This document shows positions 38,482-49,830 of a stretch of DNA of 64,000 bases, piece by piece. Location of the stretch: the NCBI RefSeq assembly GCF_032444005.1, contig NC_091288.1, positions 172,732,001 to 172,796,000 of the forward strand, read 5' to 3'. The notes beneath the pieces were generated by a model, which ran no database searches, was not told the origin of the DNA, and was given only the letters and a program-made list of their open reading frames with translations. Positions within the stretch are counted from its first letter, which is position 1. Each line of letters begins with the position of its first letter. Both the position numbers and the translations under genes were made by a program. Source of the DNA: Ranitomeya imitator. Lineage: Eukaryota.

Positions 38482-41400
38482 TTGGTTCCAGGGGTACACG
38501 GCCAGCAGTGCCCTGGTCAGTGTAGTAGTAGTTGAAAGAATGGACCGCAGACAGGCATCGAAGGCCTAAAATAATAACACATGGCTGTAGGCAATTTTAA
38601 ATTGGTTCCAGGGGTACACGGACAGCAGTGGTGTGGTCAGTGGAGGCCTAGTGGAAGGAGTGACCGCAGACAGGCATCGAAGGCCTAAAATAATAACACA
38701 TGGCTGTAGGCAATTTTAAATTGGTTCCAGGGGTACACGGGCAGCAGTGACCTGGTCAGTGTAGTAGTAGTTGAAAGAATGGACCGCAGACAGGCATCGA
38801 AGGCCTAAAATAAAAAAATTGGGCTGGCTGTAGGCAATTTTAAATTGGTTCCAGGGGTACACGGGCAGCAGTGGTGTGGTCAGTGGAGGCCTAGTGGAAG
38901 GAGTGACCGCAGACAGGCATCGAAGGCCTAAAATAATAACACATGGCTGTAGGCAATTTTAAATTGGTTCCAGGGGTACACGGACAGCAGTGGTGTGGTC
39001 AGTGGAGGCCTAGTGGAAGGAGTGACCGCAGACAGGCATCGAAGGCCTAAAATAATAACACATGGCTGTAGGCAATTTTAAATTGGTTCCAGGGGTACAC
39101 GGACAGCAGTGACCTGGTCAGTGTAGTAGTAGTTGAAAGAATGGACCACAGACAGGCATCGAAGGCCTAAAATAAAAAAATTGGGCTGGCTGTAGGCAAT
39201 TTTAAATTGGTTCCAGGGGTACACGGACAGCAGTGGTGTGGTCAGTGGAGGCCTAGTGGAAGGAGTGACCGCAGACAGGCATCGAAGGCCTAAAATAATA
39301 ACACATGGCTGTAGGCAATTTTAAATTGGTTCCAGGGGTACACGGACAGCAGTGGTGTGGTCAGTGGAGGCCTAGTGGAAGGAGTGACCGCAGACAGGCA
39401 TCGAAGGCCTAAAATAATAACACATGGCTGTAGGCAATTTTAAATTGGTTCCAGGGGTACACGGACAGCAGTGACCTGGTCAGTGTAGTAGTAGTTGAAA
39501 GAATGGACCGCAGACAGGCATCGAAGGCCTAAAATAAAAAAATTGGGCTGGCTGTAGGCAATTTTAAATTGGTTCCAGGGGTACACGGGCAGCAGTGGTG
39601 TGGTCAGTGGAGGCCTAGTGGAAGGAGTGACCGCAGACAGGCATCGAAGGCCTAAAATAATAACACATGGCTGTAGGCAATTTTAAATTGGTTCCAGGGG
39701 TACACGGACAGCAGTGGTGTGGTCAGTGGAGGCCTAGTGGAAGGAGTGACCGCAGACAGGCATCGAAGGCCTAAAATAATAACACATGGCTGTAGGCAAT
39801 TTTAAATTGGTTCCAGGGGTACACGGACAGCAGTGACCTGGTCAGTGTAGTAGTAGTTGAAAGAATGGACCGCAGACAGGCATCGAAGGCCTAAAATAAA
39901 AAAATTGGGCTGGCTGTAGGCAATTTTAAATTGGTTCCAGGGGTACACGGACAGCAGTGGTGTGGTCAGTGGAGGCCTAGTGGAAGGAGTGACCGCAGAC
40001 AGGCATCGAAGGCCTAAAATAATAACACATGGCTGTAGGCAATTTTAAATTGGTTCCAGGGGTACACGGACAGCAGTGGTGTGGTCAGTGGAGGCCTAGT
40101 GGAAGGAGTGACCGCAGACAGGCATCGAAGGCCTAAAATAATAACACATGGCTGTAGGCAATTTTAAATTGGTTCCAGGGGTACACGGACAGCAGTGACC
40201 TGGTCAGTGTAGTAGTAGTTGAAAGAATGGACCGCAGACAGGCATCGAAGGCCTAAAATAAAAAAATTGGGCTGGCTGTAGGCAATTTTAAATTGGTTCC
40301 AGGGGTACACGGGCAGCAGTGGTGTGGTCAGTGGAGGCCTAGTGGAAGGAGTGACCGCAGACAGGCATCGAAGGCCTAAAATAATAACACATGGCTGTAG
40401 GCAATTTTAAATTGGTTCCAGGGGTACACGGACAGCAGTGGTGTGGTCAGTGGAGGCCTAGTGGAAGGAGTGACCGCAGACAGGCATCGAAGGCCTAAAA
40501 TAATAACACATGGCTGTAGGCAATTTTAAATTGGTTCCAGGGGTACACGGACAGCAGTGACCTGGTCAGTGTAGTAGTAGTTGAAAGAATGGACCGCAGA
40601 CAGGCATCGAAGGCCTAAAATAAAAAAATTGGGCTGGCTGTAGGCAATTTTAAATTGGTTCCAGGGGTACACGGGCAGCAGTGACCTGGTCAGTGTAGTA
40701 GTAGTTGAAAGAATGGACCGCAGACAGGCTTAGAAGGCCTAACATAACAAACTTGGGCTGGCTGTAGGCACTTTTAAATTGGTTCCAGGGGTACACGGGC
40801 AGCAGTGGTCTGGTCAGTGGAAGTCTAGTGGAAGGAGTGACCGCAGACAGGCTTCCAAGGCCTAACATAACAAACTTGGGCTGGCTGTAGGCACTTTTAA
40901 ATTGGTTCCAGGGGTACACGGGCAGCAGTGGTCTGGTCAGTGGAAGTCTAGTGGAAGGAGTGACCGCAGACAGGCTTCCAAGGCCTAACATAACAAACTT
41001 GGGCTGGCTGTAGGCACTTTTAAATTGGTTCCAGGGGTACACGGGCAGCAGTGGTCTGGTCAGTGGAAGTCTAGTGGAAGGAGTGACCGCAGACAGGCTT
41101 CCAAGGCCTAACATAACAAACTTGGGCTGGCTGTAGGCACTTTTAAATTGGTTCCAGGGGTACACGGGCAGCAGTGGTCTGGTCAGTGGAAGTCTAGTGG
41201 AAGGAGTGACCGCAGACAGGCTTCGAAGGCCTAACATAACAAAATTGGGCTGGCTGTAGGCACTTTAAATTGGTTCCAGGGGTACATGGGCAGCAGTGTA
41301 TGGTCAGTGGAAGTCTAGTGGAAGGAGTGACGGCAGACAGTCTTCGAAGGCCTAACATAACAAAATTGGGCTGACTGTAGGCACTTTTAAATTGGTTCCA

Positions 41401-41490
41401 GGGTAACACGGCCAGCAGTGGCCTGGTCAGTGTAGTAGTTGTAGAAAGAAGGGACCGCAGACAGGCTTCGAAGGCCTAACATAACAAAAA
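38482..41490. repeat. 119-124 bp tandem array, about 25 copies, inside the hAT
   Basis: TTGGTTCCAGG spacing cycles 119/124/119 (362-bp trimer) to about 40655, then switches to a 120-bp variant block. Confidence 0.97.
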
Positions 41491-41948
41491 TGTCAAAACA
41501 ATGGTATTGTCAGTGCCAGGCATTGAAGGATGTCAGCGGCTAGACTACACATTGGTGAAGCTGTGAGAGATAATTTTGCTAGTGGTAGAGCACTGTTTGA
41601 GCTGGGGGGGGGAACTGTCTTGTGGCCGGCGGTACAGGCACAGGGCCCCTCATATTACAACGGTGTGTCTGACGTTGGGTGCGCACCACCACCGCCAGAG
41701 ACACTTTATTGTACTATGAGGGACCCAGTGGCAGTGCCGTCGACCAAAAGCGGCCACACCCACCTCTTCAGACAAACAGCACTCTCAAGGGTCCAAGCGC
41801 AAAGTGGCGATAGCACGGCCCCGTGTGGGGAGTTTGGCCATTTCGTGAGGTGGAAACATGTCGTATGCTGGACAATCAGGTGAAGAAAATTACGAGATTG
41901 GAAAAGTCATTCAGAATAGTCCACAGGCAAGACCTTTTCATAGGAAAG

Positions 41949-44900
41949 CTAGGTGTCAGCCGGGCAGGGTGGGGCAAAAGATTTTGAAATCCAGTTGTGG
42001 TTCATTTTAATGAAGGTTAGATCATCTACATTTTGGGTAGCCAGACGAGTCCTTTTTTCTGTTAGTATTGAACCTGCAGCACTGAATACTCTTTCTGATA
42101 GGACACTAGCTGCCGGGCAAGCAAGCTCCTGCAATGCATATTCTGCCAATTCTGGCCAGGTGTCTAATTTGGATGCCCAGTAATCAAATGGGAATGACGG
42201 TTGAGGGAGAACGTCGATAAGGGATGAAAAATAGTTTGTAACCATACTGGACAAATGTTGTCTCCTGTCACTTTGAATTGATGCTGCAGTACCTGTCCTG
42301 TCTGCGGTCATAGAAAAATCACTCCACAACCTGGTCAGAAAACCCCTCTGTCCAACGCCACTTCTGATTTCTGCCCCTCTAACACCTCTGGTCTGCTGGC
42401 CCCTGGAGCTCGTGTGAGAACGATCACGGGCGCTGTGTGCAGGGAATGCCAGAAGCAAACGGTCAACAAGAGTTGATTGTTTTGTTGCTAATATTAGTTC
42501 CAAGTTCTCATGTGGCATAATATTTTGCAATTTGCCTTTATAGCGAGGATCAAGGAGGCAGGCCAACCAGTAATCGTCATCGTTCATCATTTTTGTAATG
42601 CGTGTGTCCCTTTTGAGGATACGCAAGGCATAATCCGCCATGTGGGCCAAAGTTCCCGTTGTCAAATCTGCGGTTGTGCTTGGTTGAGGGGCAGTTGCAG
42701 GCAAATCTACGTCACTTGTGTCCCTCAAAAAACCAGAACCCGGCCTTGCCACGCCACCAATTTCCCGTGCCCCCGGGAAAGCTTCCTCATTAAAAATATA
42801 CTCATCCCCATCATCCTCCTCATCCTCCACCTCCTCTTCGCCCGGTACCTCGTCATGTACACTGCCCTGACCAGACAATCGCTGACTGTCATCAAGGCTT
42901 TCCTCTTCCTCTGGTGCAGACGCCTGATCCTTTATGTGCGTCAAACTTTGCATCAGCAGACGCATTAGGGGGATGCTCATGCTTATTATGGCGTTGTCTG
43001 CACTAACCAGCCGTGTGCATTCCTCAAAACACTGAAGGACTTGACACATGTCTTGAATCTTCGACCACTGCACACCTGACAACTCCATGTCTGCCATCCT
43101 ACTGCCTGCCCGTGTATGTGTATCCTCCCACAAAAACATAACAGCCCGCCTCTGTTCGCACAGTCTCTGAAGCATGTGCAGTGTTGAGTTCCACCTTGTT
43201 GCAACGTCTATGATTAGGCGATGCTGGGGAAGGTTCAAAGAACGCTGATAGGTCTGCATACGGCTGGAGTGTACAGGCGAACGGCGGATATGTGCGCAAA
43301 GTCCACGCACTTTGAGGAGCAGGTCGGATAACCCCGGATAACTTTTCAGGAAGCACTGCACCACCAGGTTTAAGGTGTGAGCCAGGCAAGGAATGTGTTT
43401 CAGTTGGGAAAGGGAGATGGCAGCCATGAAATTCCTTCCGTTATCACTCACTACCTTGCCTGCCTCAAGATCTACAGTGCCCAGCCACGACTGCGTTTCT
43501 TGCTGCAAGAACTCGGACAGAACTTCCGCGGTGTGTCTATTGTCGCCCAAACACTTCATAGCCAATACAGCCTGCTGACGTATGCCAGTAGCTGCCCCAT
43601 AATGGGAGACCTGGTGTGCAACAGTGGCAGGTGCGGATGGAGTGTTTGTGCGACTGCGGTCTGTGGACGAGCTCTTGCTTCTGCAGGAGGACGAGGAGGA
43701 GGAGGAGGAGGGGGTGCGAACGGCTACAGACAACTGTTTACTAGACCGTGGGCTAGGCAGAACTGTCCCAAACTTGCTGTCCCCTGTGGACCCTGAATCC
43801 ACCACATTTACCCAGTGTGCCGTGATGGACACGTAACGTCCCTGGCCATGCCTACTGGTCCATGCATCTGTTGTCAGGTGCACCTTTGTGCTCACAGATT
43901 GCCTGAGTGCATGGACGATGCGCTCTTTAACATGCTGGTGGAGGGCTGGGATGGCTTTTCTGGAAAAAAAGTGTCGACTGGGTAGCTCGTAGCGTGGTAC
44001 AGCGTAGTCCATCAGGTCTTTGAAAGCTTCGCTTTCAACTAACCGGTAGGGCATCATCTCTAACGAGATTAGTCTAGCTATGTGGGCGTTCAAACCCTGT
44101 GTACGCGGATGCGAGGCTAAGTATTTCCTTTTTCTAACCATAGTCTCATGTAGGGTGAGCTGGACTGGAGAGCTGGAGATCGTGGAACTAGCGGGGGTGC
44201 CGGTGGACATGGCAGACTGAGAGACGGTGGGAGATGGTATTGTTGCCGCCGGTGCCCTAGATGCAGTGTTTCCTACTACGAAACTGGTGATTCCCTGACC
44301 CTGACTGCTTTGGCCTGGCAAAGATACCTGCACAGATACAGCAGGTGGTGCGCTAAATGGTGGTCCTACACTGCCGGAAGGGATGTTGCGTTGATGACTA
44401 GCTTCATTGGCCGAGGGTGCAACAACCTTAAGGGACGTTTGGTAGTTAGTCCAAGCTTTCAAATGCATGGTGGTTAAATGTCTATGCATGCAACTAGTAT
44501 TGAGACTTTTCAGATTCTGACCTCTGCTTAAGGAAGTAGAACATTTTTGACAGATGACTTTGCGCTGATCAATTGGATGTTGTTTAAAAAAATGCCAGAC
44601 TGCACTCTTTCTAGCATCGGATACCTTTTCAGGCATTGCAGACTGAGCTTTAACCGGATGGCCACGCTGTCCTCCACCAGGTTTTGGCTTTGCCACGCGT
44701 TTTGGGCAAGATACGGGCCCGGCAGATGGAACCTGTGGCGATGTTGATGCCTGCTGCGGCCCCTCCTCCTCCTCTGCTTCAGAACTGCTGCCGCCTGCAC
44801 CCTGTTCCCCCAATGGCTGCCAATCGGGGTCAAGAACTGGGTCATCTAATAACTCTTCTTGTACCTCCTGCGCAACTTCGTCTGTGTCACCGTGTCGTTC

Positions 44901-45524
44901 GGTGGTATAGCGTTCGTGATGGGGCAACATAGTCTCATCAGGGTCTGATTCTTGATCAGCACCCTGCGAGGGCAATGTTGTGGTCTGAGTCAAAGGACCA
45001 GCATAGTAGTCTGGCTGTGGCTGTGCGTCAGTGCACTCCATGTCAGATTCAATTTGTAATGGGCATGGACTGTTAACTGCTTCACTTTCTAAGCCAGGGA
45101 CGGTATGTGTAAAGAGCTCCATGGAGTAACCCGTTGTGTCGCCTGCTGCATTCTTCTCTGTTGTTGTTTTTGCTGAAGAGGACAAGGAAGTGACTTGTCC
45201 CTGACCGTGAACATCCACTAACGACGCGCTGCTTTTACTTTTACCAGTTTCACGAGATGAGGCAAAAGAGCTAGAGGCTGAGTCAGCAAGATAAGCCAAA
45301 ACTTGCTCTTGCTGCTCCGGCTTTAAAAGCGGTTTTCCTAATCCCAGAAAAGGGAGCGTTCGAGGCCTTGTGTAGCCGGACGACGAACCTGGCTCCACAG
45401 CTCCAGACTTAGGTGCAATATTTTTTCCCCCACGACCACCTGATGCTCCACCACTACCACTACCCTCATTACCAGCTGACAATGAACGCCCCCGGCCACG
45501 ACCTCTTCCACTAGACTTCCTCAT
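41949..45524 (-). CDS. hAT-superfamily transposase (BED zinc finger, DDE RNase H-like core, hATC dimerisation domain), 1191 aa
   Basis: BED: SAVWHFF…CQKC…HRHLTTMH; catalytic motifs LTTDAWTS, VSDNGRNF and SERVFS; CLAH (CxxH); TRWNS; uninterrupted ORF. Confidence 0.97.
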   Translation of the reverse strand: MRKSSGRGRGRGRSLSAGNEGSGSGGASGGRGGKNIAPKSGAVEPGSSSGYTRPRTLPFLGLGKPLLKPEQQEQVLAYLADSASSSFASSRETGKSKSSASLVDVHGQGQVTSLSSSAKTTTEKNAAGDTTGYSMELFTHTVPGLESEAVNSPCPLQIESDMECTDAQPQPDYYAGPLTQTTTLPSQGADQESDPDETMLPHHERYTTERHGDTDEVAQEVQEELLDDPVLDPDWQPLGEQGAGGSSSEAEEEEGPQQASTSPQVPSAGPVSCPKRVAKPKPGGGQRGHPVKAQSAMPEKVSDARKSAVWHFFKQHPIDQRKVICQKCSTSLSRGQNLKSLNTSCMHRHLTTMHLKAWTNYQTSLKVVAPSANEASHQRNIPSGSVGPPFSAPPAVSVQVSLPGQSSQGQGITSFVVGNTASRAPAATIPSPTVSQSAMSTGTPASSTISSSPVQLTLHETMVRKRKYLASHPRTQGLNAHIARLISLEMMPYRLVESEAFKDLMDYAVPRYELPSRHFFSRKAIPALHQHVKERIVHALRQSVSTKVHLTTDAWTSRHGQGRYVSITAHWVNVVDSGSTGDSKFGTVLPSPRSSKQLSVAVRTPSSSSSSSSCRSKSSSTDRSRTNTPSAPATVAHQVSHYGAATGIRQQAVLAMKCLGDNRHTAEVLSEFLQQETQSWLGTVDLEAGKVVSDNGRNFMAAISLSQLKHIPCLAHTLNLVVQCFLKSYPGLSDLLLKVRGLCAHIRRSPVHSSRMQTYQRSLNLPQHRLIIDVATRWNSTLHMLQRLCEQRRAVMFLWEDTHTRAGSRMADMELSGVQWSKIQDMCQVLQCFEECTRLVSADNAIISMSIPLMRLLMQSLTHIKDQASAPEEEESLDDSQRLSGQGSVHDEVPGEEEVEDEEDDGDEYIFNEEAFPGAREIGGVARPGSGFLRDTSDVDLPATAPQPSTTADLTTGTLAHMADYALRILKRDTRITKMMNDDDYWLACLLDPRYKGKLQNIMPHENLELILATKQSTLVDRLLLAFPAHSARDRSHTSSRGQQTRGVRGAEIRSGVGQRGFLTRLWSDFSMTADRTGTAASIQSDRRQHLSSMVTNYFSSLIDVLPQPSFPFDYWASKLDTWPELAEYALQELACPAASVLSERVFSAAGSILTEKRTRLATQNVDDLTFIKMNHNWISKSFAPPCPADT

Positions 45525-45789
45525 TGTTTTAAAAACGTAACCAAACTAACGTTATTTGTTGCAGTCACACAACTTACACGGTGAGCTATAACTTCAGTAT
45601 GATTTAGCTACCCCTTTACAGGTTGGTGAGACCACAGCGAAAATCAGGCCCAATGTTACACACTCTTTTTTTGGTGGCTGCAAATTAGAGAGATGCCCCA
45701 CACGCAGGACTGTCACTGAAGCACAAATGTTAATATTAATGTCACACTATTATTTTTTTTTTATTTTTATTTTTTTCAGGAACACTTTA

Positions 45790-46905
45790 GAAACCCCCCA
45801 AAAAAAAAAAAATAGATTTTTGCAGGGAGAATTTAGAAAACAAATGTAACAAACTATATGCTTTCTATGGGCCACTGAGTGAGAGATGACGCACACAGGA
45901 ATCAGGAGTGGCACACAAGCCCAGAGGCCAATATTTTTCTACCAATGATTGATGGAGTTATTTTCTCTGGTAGATTTTGGAACCCAAATCAAGGAAAAAA
46001 AATGTAGGCTTTCTATGGACCACAATTGGAGAGAGAGAGAGAGAGAGAGATGGCACACCCAGGAGTCAAGACTGGCACACAAGCAGAAAGGCCAATATTA
46101 ATCTCCCACTGTTTTTTTTGGTTGTTTTTTTTTTTTTTTTTTCAGGGAGACTTTAGAAAAAAAAATAATAAAAAAAATATGATTTTATCAGGAAGAATTT
46201 AGAAACCAAATAAAATAAAATGATTTTTTCAGGGAGAATTTATAAAACAAATAAAACCAAAAATAGGCGTTCTATGGCCCACTGACTGAGAGATGACGCA
46301 CCCAGGAGTCAAGACTGGCACACAAGCAGAAAGGCCAATATTAATCTCCCACTGTTTTTTTTGGTTGTTTTTTTTTTTTTTTTTTCAGGGAGACTTTAGA
46401 AAAAAAAATAATAAAAAAAATATGATTTTATCAGGAAGAATTTAGAAACCAAATAAAATAAAATGATTTTTTCAGGGAGAATTTATAAAACAAATAAAAC
46501 CAAAAATAGGCGTTCTATGGCCCACTGACTGAGAGATGACGCACCCAGGAGTCAAGACTGGCACACAAGCAGAAAGGCCAATATTAATCTCCCACTGTTT
46601 TTTTTTTTTTTTTTCAGGGAGACTTTAGAAAAAAAAATAATAAAAAAAATATGATTTTATCAGGAAGAATTTAGAAACCAAATAAAATAAAATGATTTTT
46701 TCAGGGAGAATTTAGAAAACAAATAAAACCAAAAATAGGCGTTCTATGGCCCACTGACTGAGAGATGACGCACACAGGAGTCAGGAGTGGCACACAAACC
46801 CAGAGGCCAATATTTTTCTACCAATGATTGATGTAGTTATTTTCTCTGGTAGATTTTAGAACCCAAATCAAGGAAAAAAAATATAGGCTTTCTATGGACC
46901 ACAAT

Positions 46906-46948
<43 letters not shown>

Positions 46949-47280
46949 CACCCAGGAGTCAAGACTGGCACACAAGCAGAAAGGCCAATATTAATCTCCC
47001 ACTGTTTTTTTGGTTGTTTTTTTTTTTTTTTTTTCAGGGAGACTTTAGAAATAAAAATAATAAAAAAAATATGATTTTATCAGGAAGAATTTAGAAACCA
47101 AATAAAATAAAATGATTTTTTCAGGGAGAATTTAGAAAACAAATAAAACCAAAAATATGCGTTCTATGGCCCACTGACTGAGAGAGAGAGAGAGATGGAA
47201 CGCTTAGTACTGGCACACAAGCCCAAAGGGCAATATTAATCTCCCTTTTTTTTTCCAGGGAGAATTTCTGAAACCCAAAA
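45790..47280. repeat. Irregular A/T-rich tandem repeats (~240-bp blocks) inside the hAT
   Basis: GGAGTCAAGACTGGCACACAAGCAGAAAGGCCAATATTAATCTCCC recurs near 46062, 46304, 46548 and 46955. Confidence 0.9.
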
Positions 47281-49130
47281 AAAAAATAAAATAGGCTTTC
47301 TATGGCCCACTATTTGTGAGAGAGATGGGACGCTCAGGACTGGCACAGATGGCACGCTCAGGACTGGCACAGAAGCCCAGAGGCCAATATTAATCTCCCT
47401 TTTTTTCTGGGAGAATTTATAAAACCAAAAAAATATTTAAATAGGCTTTCTATGGCCCACTATTTGTGAGAGAGATGGCACGCTCAGGACTGGCACAGAT
47501 GGCACGCTCACAACTGGCACACAAGCCCAGAGGCCAATATTAATCTCCCTTTTTTCAGGGAAAATTTATAAAACAAAAAAAAAAATTAAATAGGCTTTCT
47601 ATGGCCCACTATTTGTGAGAGAGATGGCACGCTCAGGGCTGGCACAGATGGCACGCTCAGGACTGGCACACAAGCCCAGAGGCCAATATTAATCTCCCTT
47701 TTTTTCAGGGAGAATTTATAAAACCCCCAAAAAAAATAAAATAGGCTTTCTATGGCCCACTATTTGTGAGAGAGATGGCACGCTCAGGACTGGCACAGAT
47801 GGCACGCTCACAACTGGCACACAAGCCCAGAGGCCAATATTAATCTCCCTTTTTTCAGGGAGAATTTCTAAAACCCAAAAAAAAAATAAAATAGGCTTTC
47901 TATGGCCCACTATTTGTGAGAGAGATGGGACGCTCAGGACTGGCACAGATGGCACGCTCAGGACTGGCACAGAAGCCCAGAGGCCAATATTAATCTCCCT
48001 TTTTTTCTGGGAGAATTTATAAAACCAAAAAAATATTTAAATAGGCTTTCTATGGCCCACTATTTGTGAGAGAGATGGCACGCTCAGGACTGGCACAGAT
48101 GGCACGCTCACAACTGGCACACAAGCCCAGAGGCCAATATTAATCTCCCTTTTTTCAGGGAAAATTGATAAAACAAAAAAAAAAATTAAATAGGCTTTCT
48201 ATGGCCCACTATTTGTGAGAGAGATGGCACGCTCAGGGCTGGCTGGCACAGATGGCACGCTCAGGACTGGCACACAAGCCCAGAGGCCAATATTAATCTC
48301 CCTTTTTTTCTGGGAGAATTTATAAAACCAAAAAAATATTTAAATAGGCTTTCTATGGCCCACTATTTGTGAGAGAGATGGCACGCTCAGGACTGGCACA
48401 GATGGCACGCTCACAACTGGCACACAAGCCCAGAGGCCAATATTAATCTCCCTTTTTTCAGGGAAAATTGATAAAACAAAAAAAAAAATTAAATAGGCTT
48501 TCTATGGCCCACTATTTGTGAGAGAGATGGCACGCTCAGGGCTGGCTGGCACAGATGGCACGCTCAGGACTGGCACACAAGCCCAGAGGCCAATATTAAT
48601 CTCCCTTTTTTTCTGGGAGAATTTATAAAACCAAAAAAATATTTAAATAGGCTTTCTATGGCCCACTATTTGTGAGAGAGATGGCACGCTCAGGACTGGC
48701 ACAGATGGCACGCTCACAACTGGCACACAAGCCCAGAGGCCAATATTAATCTCCCTTTTTTCAGGGAAAATTTATAAAACAAAAAAAAAAATTAAATAGG
48801 CTTTCTATGGCCCACTATTTGTGAGAGAGATGGCACGCTCAGGGCTGGCACAGATGGCACGCTCAGGACTGGCACACAAGCCCAGAGGCCAATATTAATC
48901 TCCCTTTTTTTCAGGGAGAATTTATAAAACCAAAAAAAAAAATAAATAGGCTTTCTATGGCCCACTATTTGTGAGAGAGATGGCACACTCAGGACTGGCA
49001 CACAAGCCCAAAGGCCAATATTAATCTCCCACTGTATTTTTATCAGGGAGAATTTATACACCCCACAAAAAAAAATACAGAAAAATGAAAAGGCTTTCTA
49101 TGGCCCACTATGTGAGAGAGATGGCACACA
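47281..49130. repeat. ~150-bp tandem array, about 13 copies, inside the hAT
   Basis: ATAGGCTTTCTATGGCCCAC at 47291, 47441, 47590, 47741, 47891, 48041 and onward. Confidence 0.95.
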
Positions 49131-49674
49131 CAGGGATGGCACTCTAGCAGAAATGCCAAATTGCCAATCTTAATCTCCCACCAAAAAAAAAAAAAAAAAA
49201 AAAACAGGGAATGTCCTACAATTACTATCTCCCTGCCTGCAGTAATCTCAGCCAGGTATGGCAGGCAGCTACTATCTCCCTGCCTGCAGTAATCTCAGCC
49301 AGGTATGGCAGGCAGCAATAAGGAGTGGACTGATGCACAAATGAAATAAAAAGTGTGGACAAACAAAAAAGATAGCTGTGCAGAAAGGAAGGAACAAGAG
49401 GATTTGTGCTTTGAAAAAAGCAGTTGGTTTGCACAGCGGCGTACACACAGCAATGCAGCTATCAGGGAGCCTTCTAGGGCAGCCCAATGAGCTACAGCGC
49501 TGAGGGGAAAAAAAAAAAAAAAAAAACTTCCACTGTCCCTGCACACCGAGGGTGGTGTTGGACAGTGCAAATCGCTGCAGCACAAGCGGTTTTGTGGTTA
49601 ATGGACCCTGCCTAACGCTATCCCTGCTTCTGACAAAGCGGCAGCAACCTCTCCCTAAGCTCAGATCAGCAGCA

Positions 49675-49830
49675 GTAAGATGGCGGTCGGCGGGAACGCC
49701 TCTTTATAGCCCCTGTGACGTCGCAGACAGCAAGCCAATCACTGCAATGCCCTTCTCTAAGATGGTGGGGACCAGGACCTATGTCATCACGCTGCCCACA
49801 CTCTGCGTTTACCTTCATTGGCTGAGAAAT
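49675..49830 (-). promoter_or_regulatory. Candidate Pol II promoter of the transposase
   Basis: On the minus strand: CCAAT elements (~49816, 49735), CRE-like GTGACGTC (49715-49722), TATA-like CTATAAAG (49702-49709), YY1 motif CCGCCATCTT (49677-49686), all pointing toward the ORF. Confidence 0.55.

Noticed and set aside
40650-41237. 195-aa ORF downstream of the transposase as a possible second gene
   Set aside because: It is a 40-aa periodic translation of the 120-bp array.
35923-41490. CRISPR-like appearance of regular repeats
   Set aside because: Whole units repeat with no unique spacers, there are no cas genes, and the context is eukaryotic.
42510-44932. Plus-strand and alternative-frame ORFs overlapping the transposase
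   Set aside because: Expected shadow ORFs of a GC-rich coding sequence; no independent motifs.
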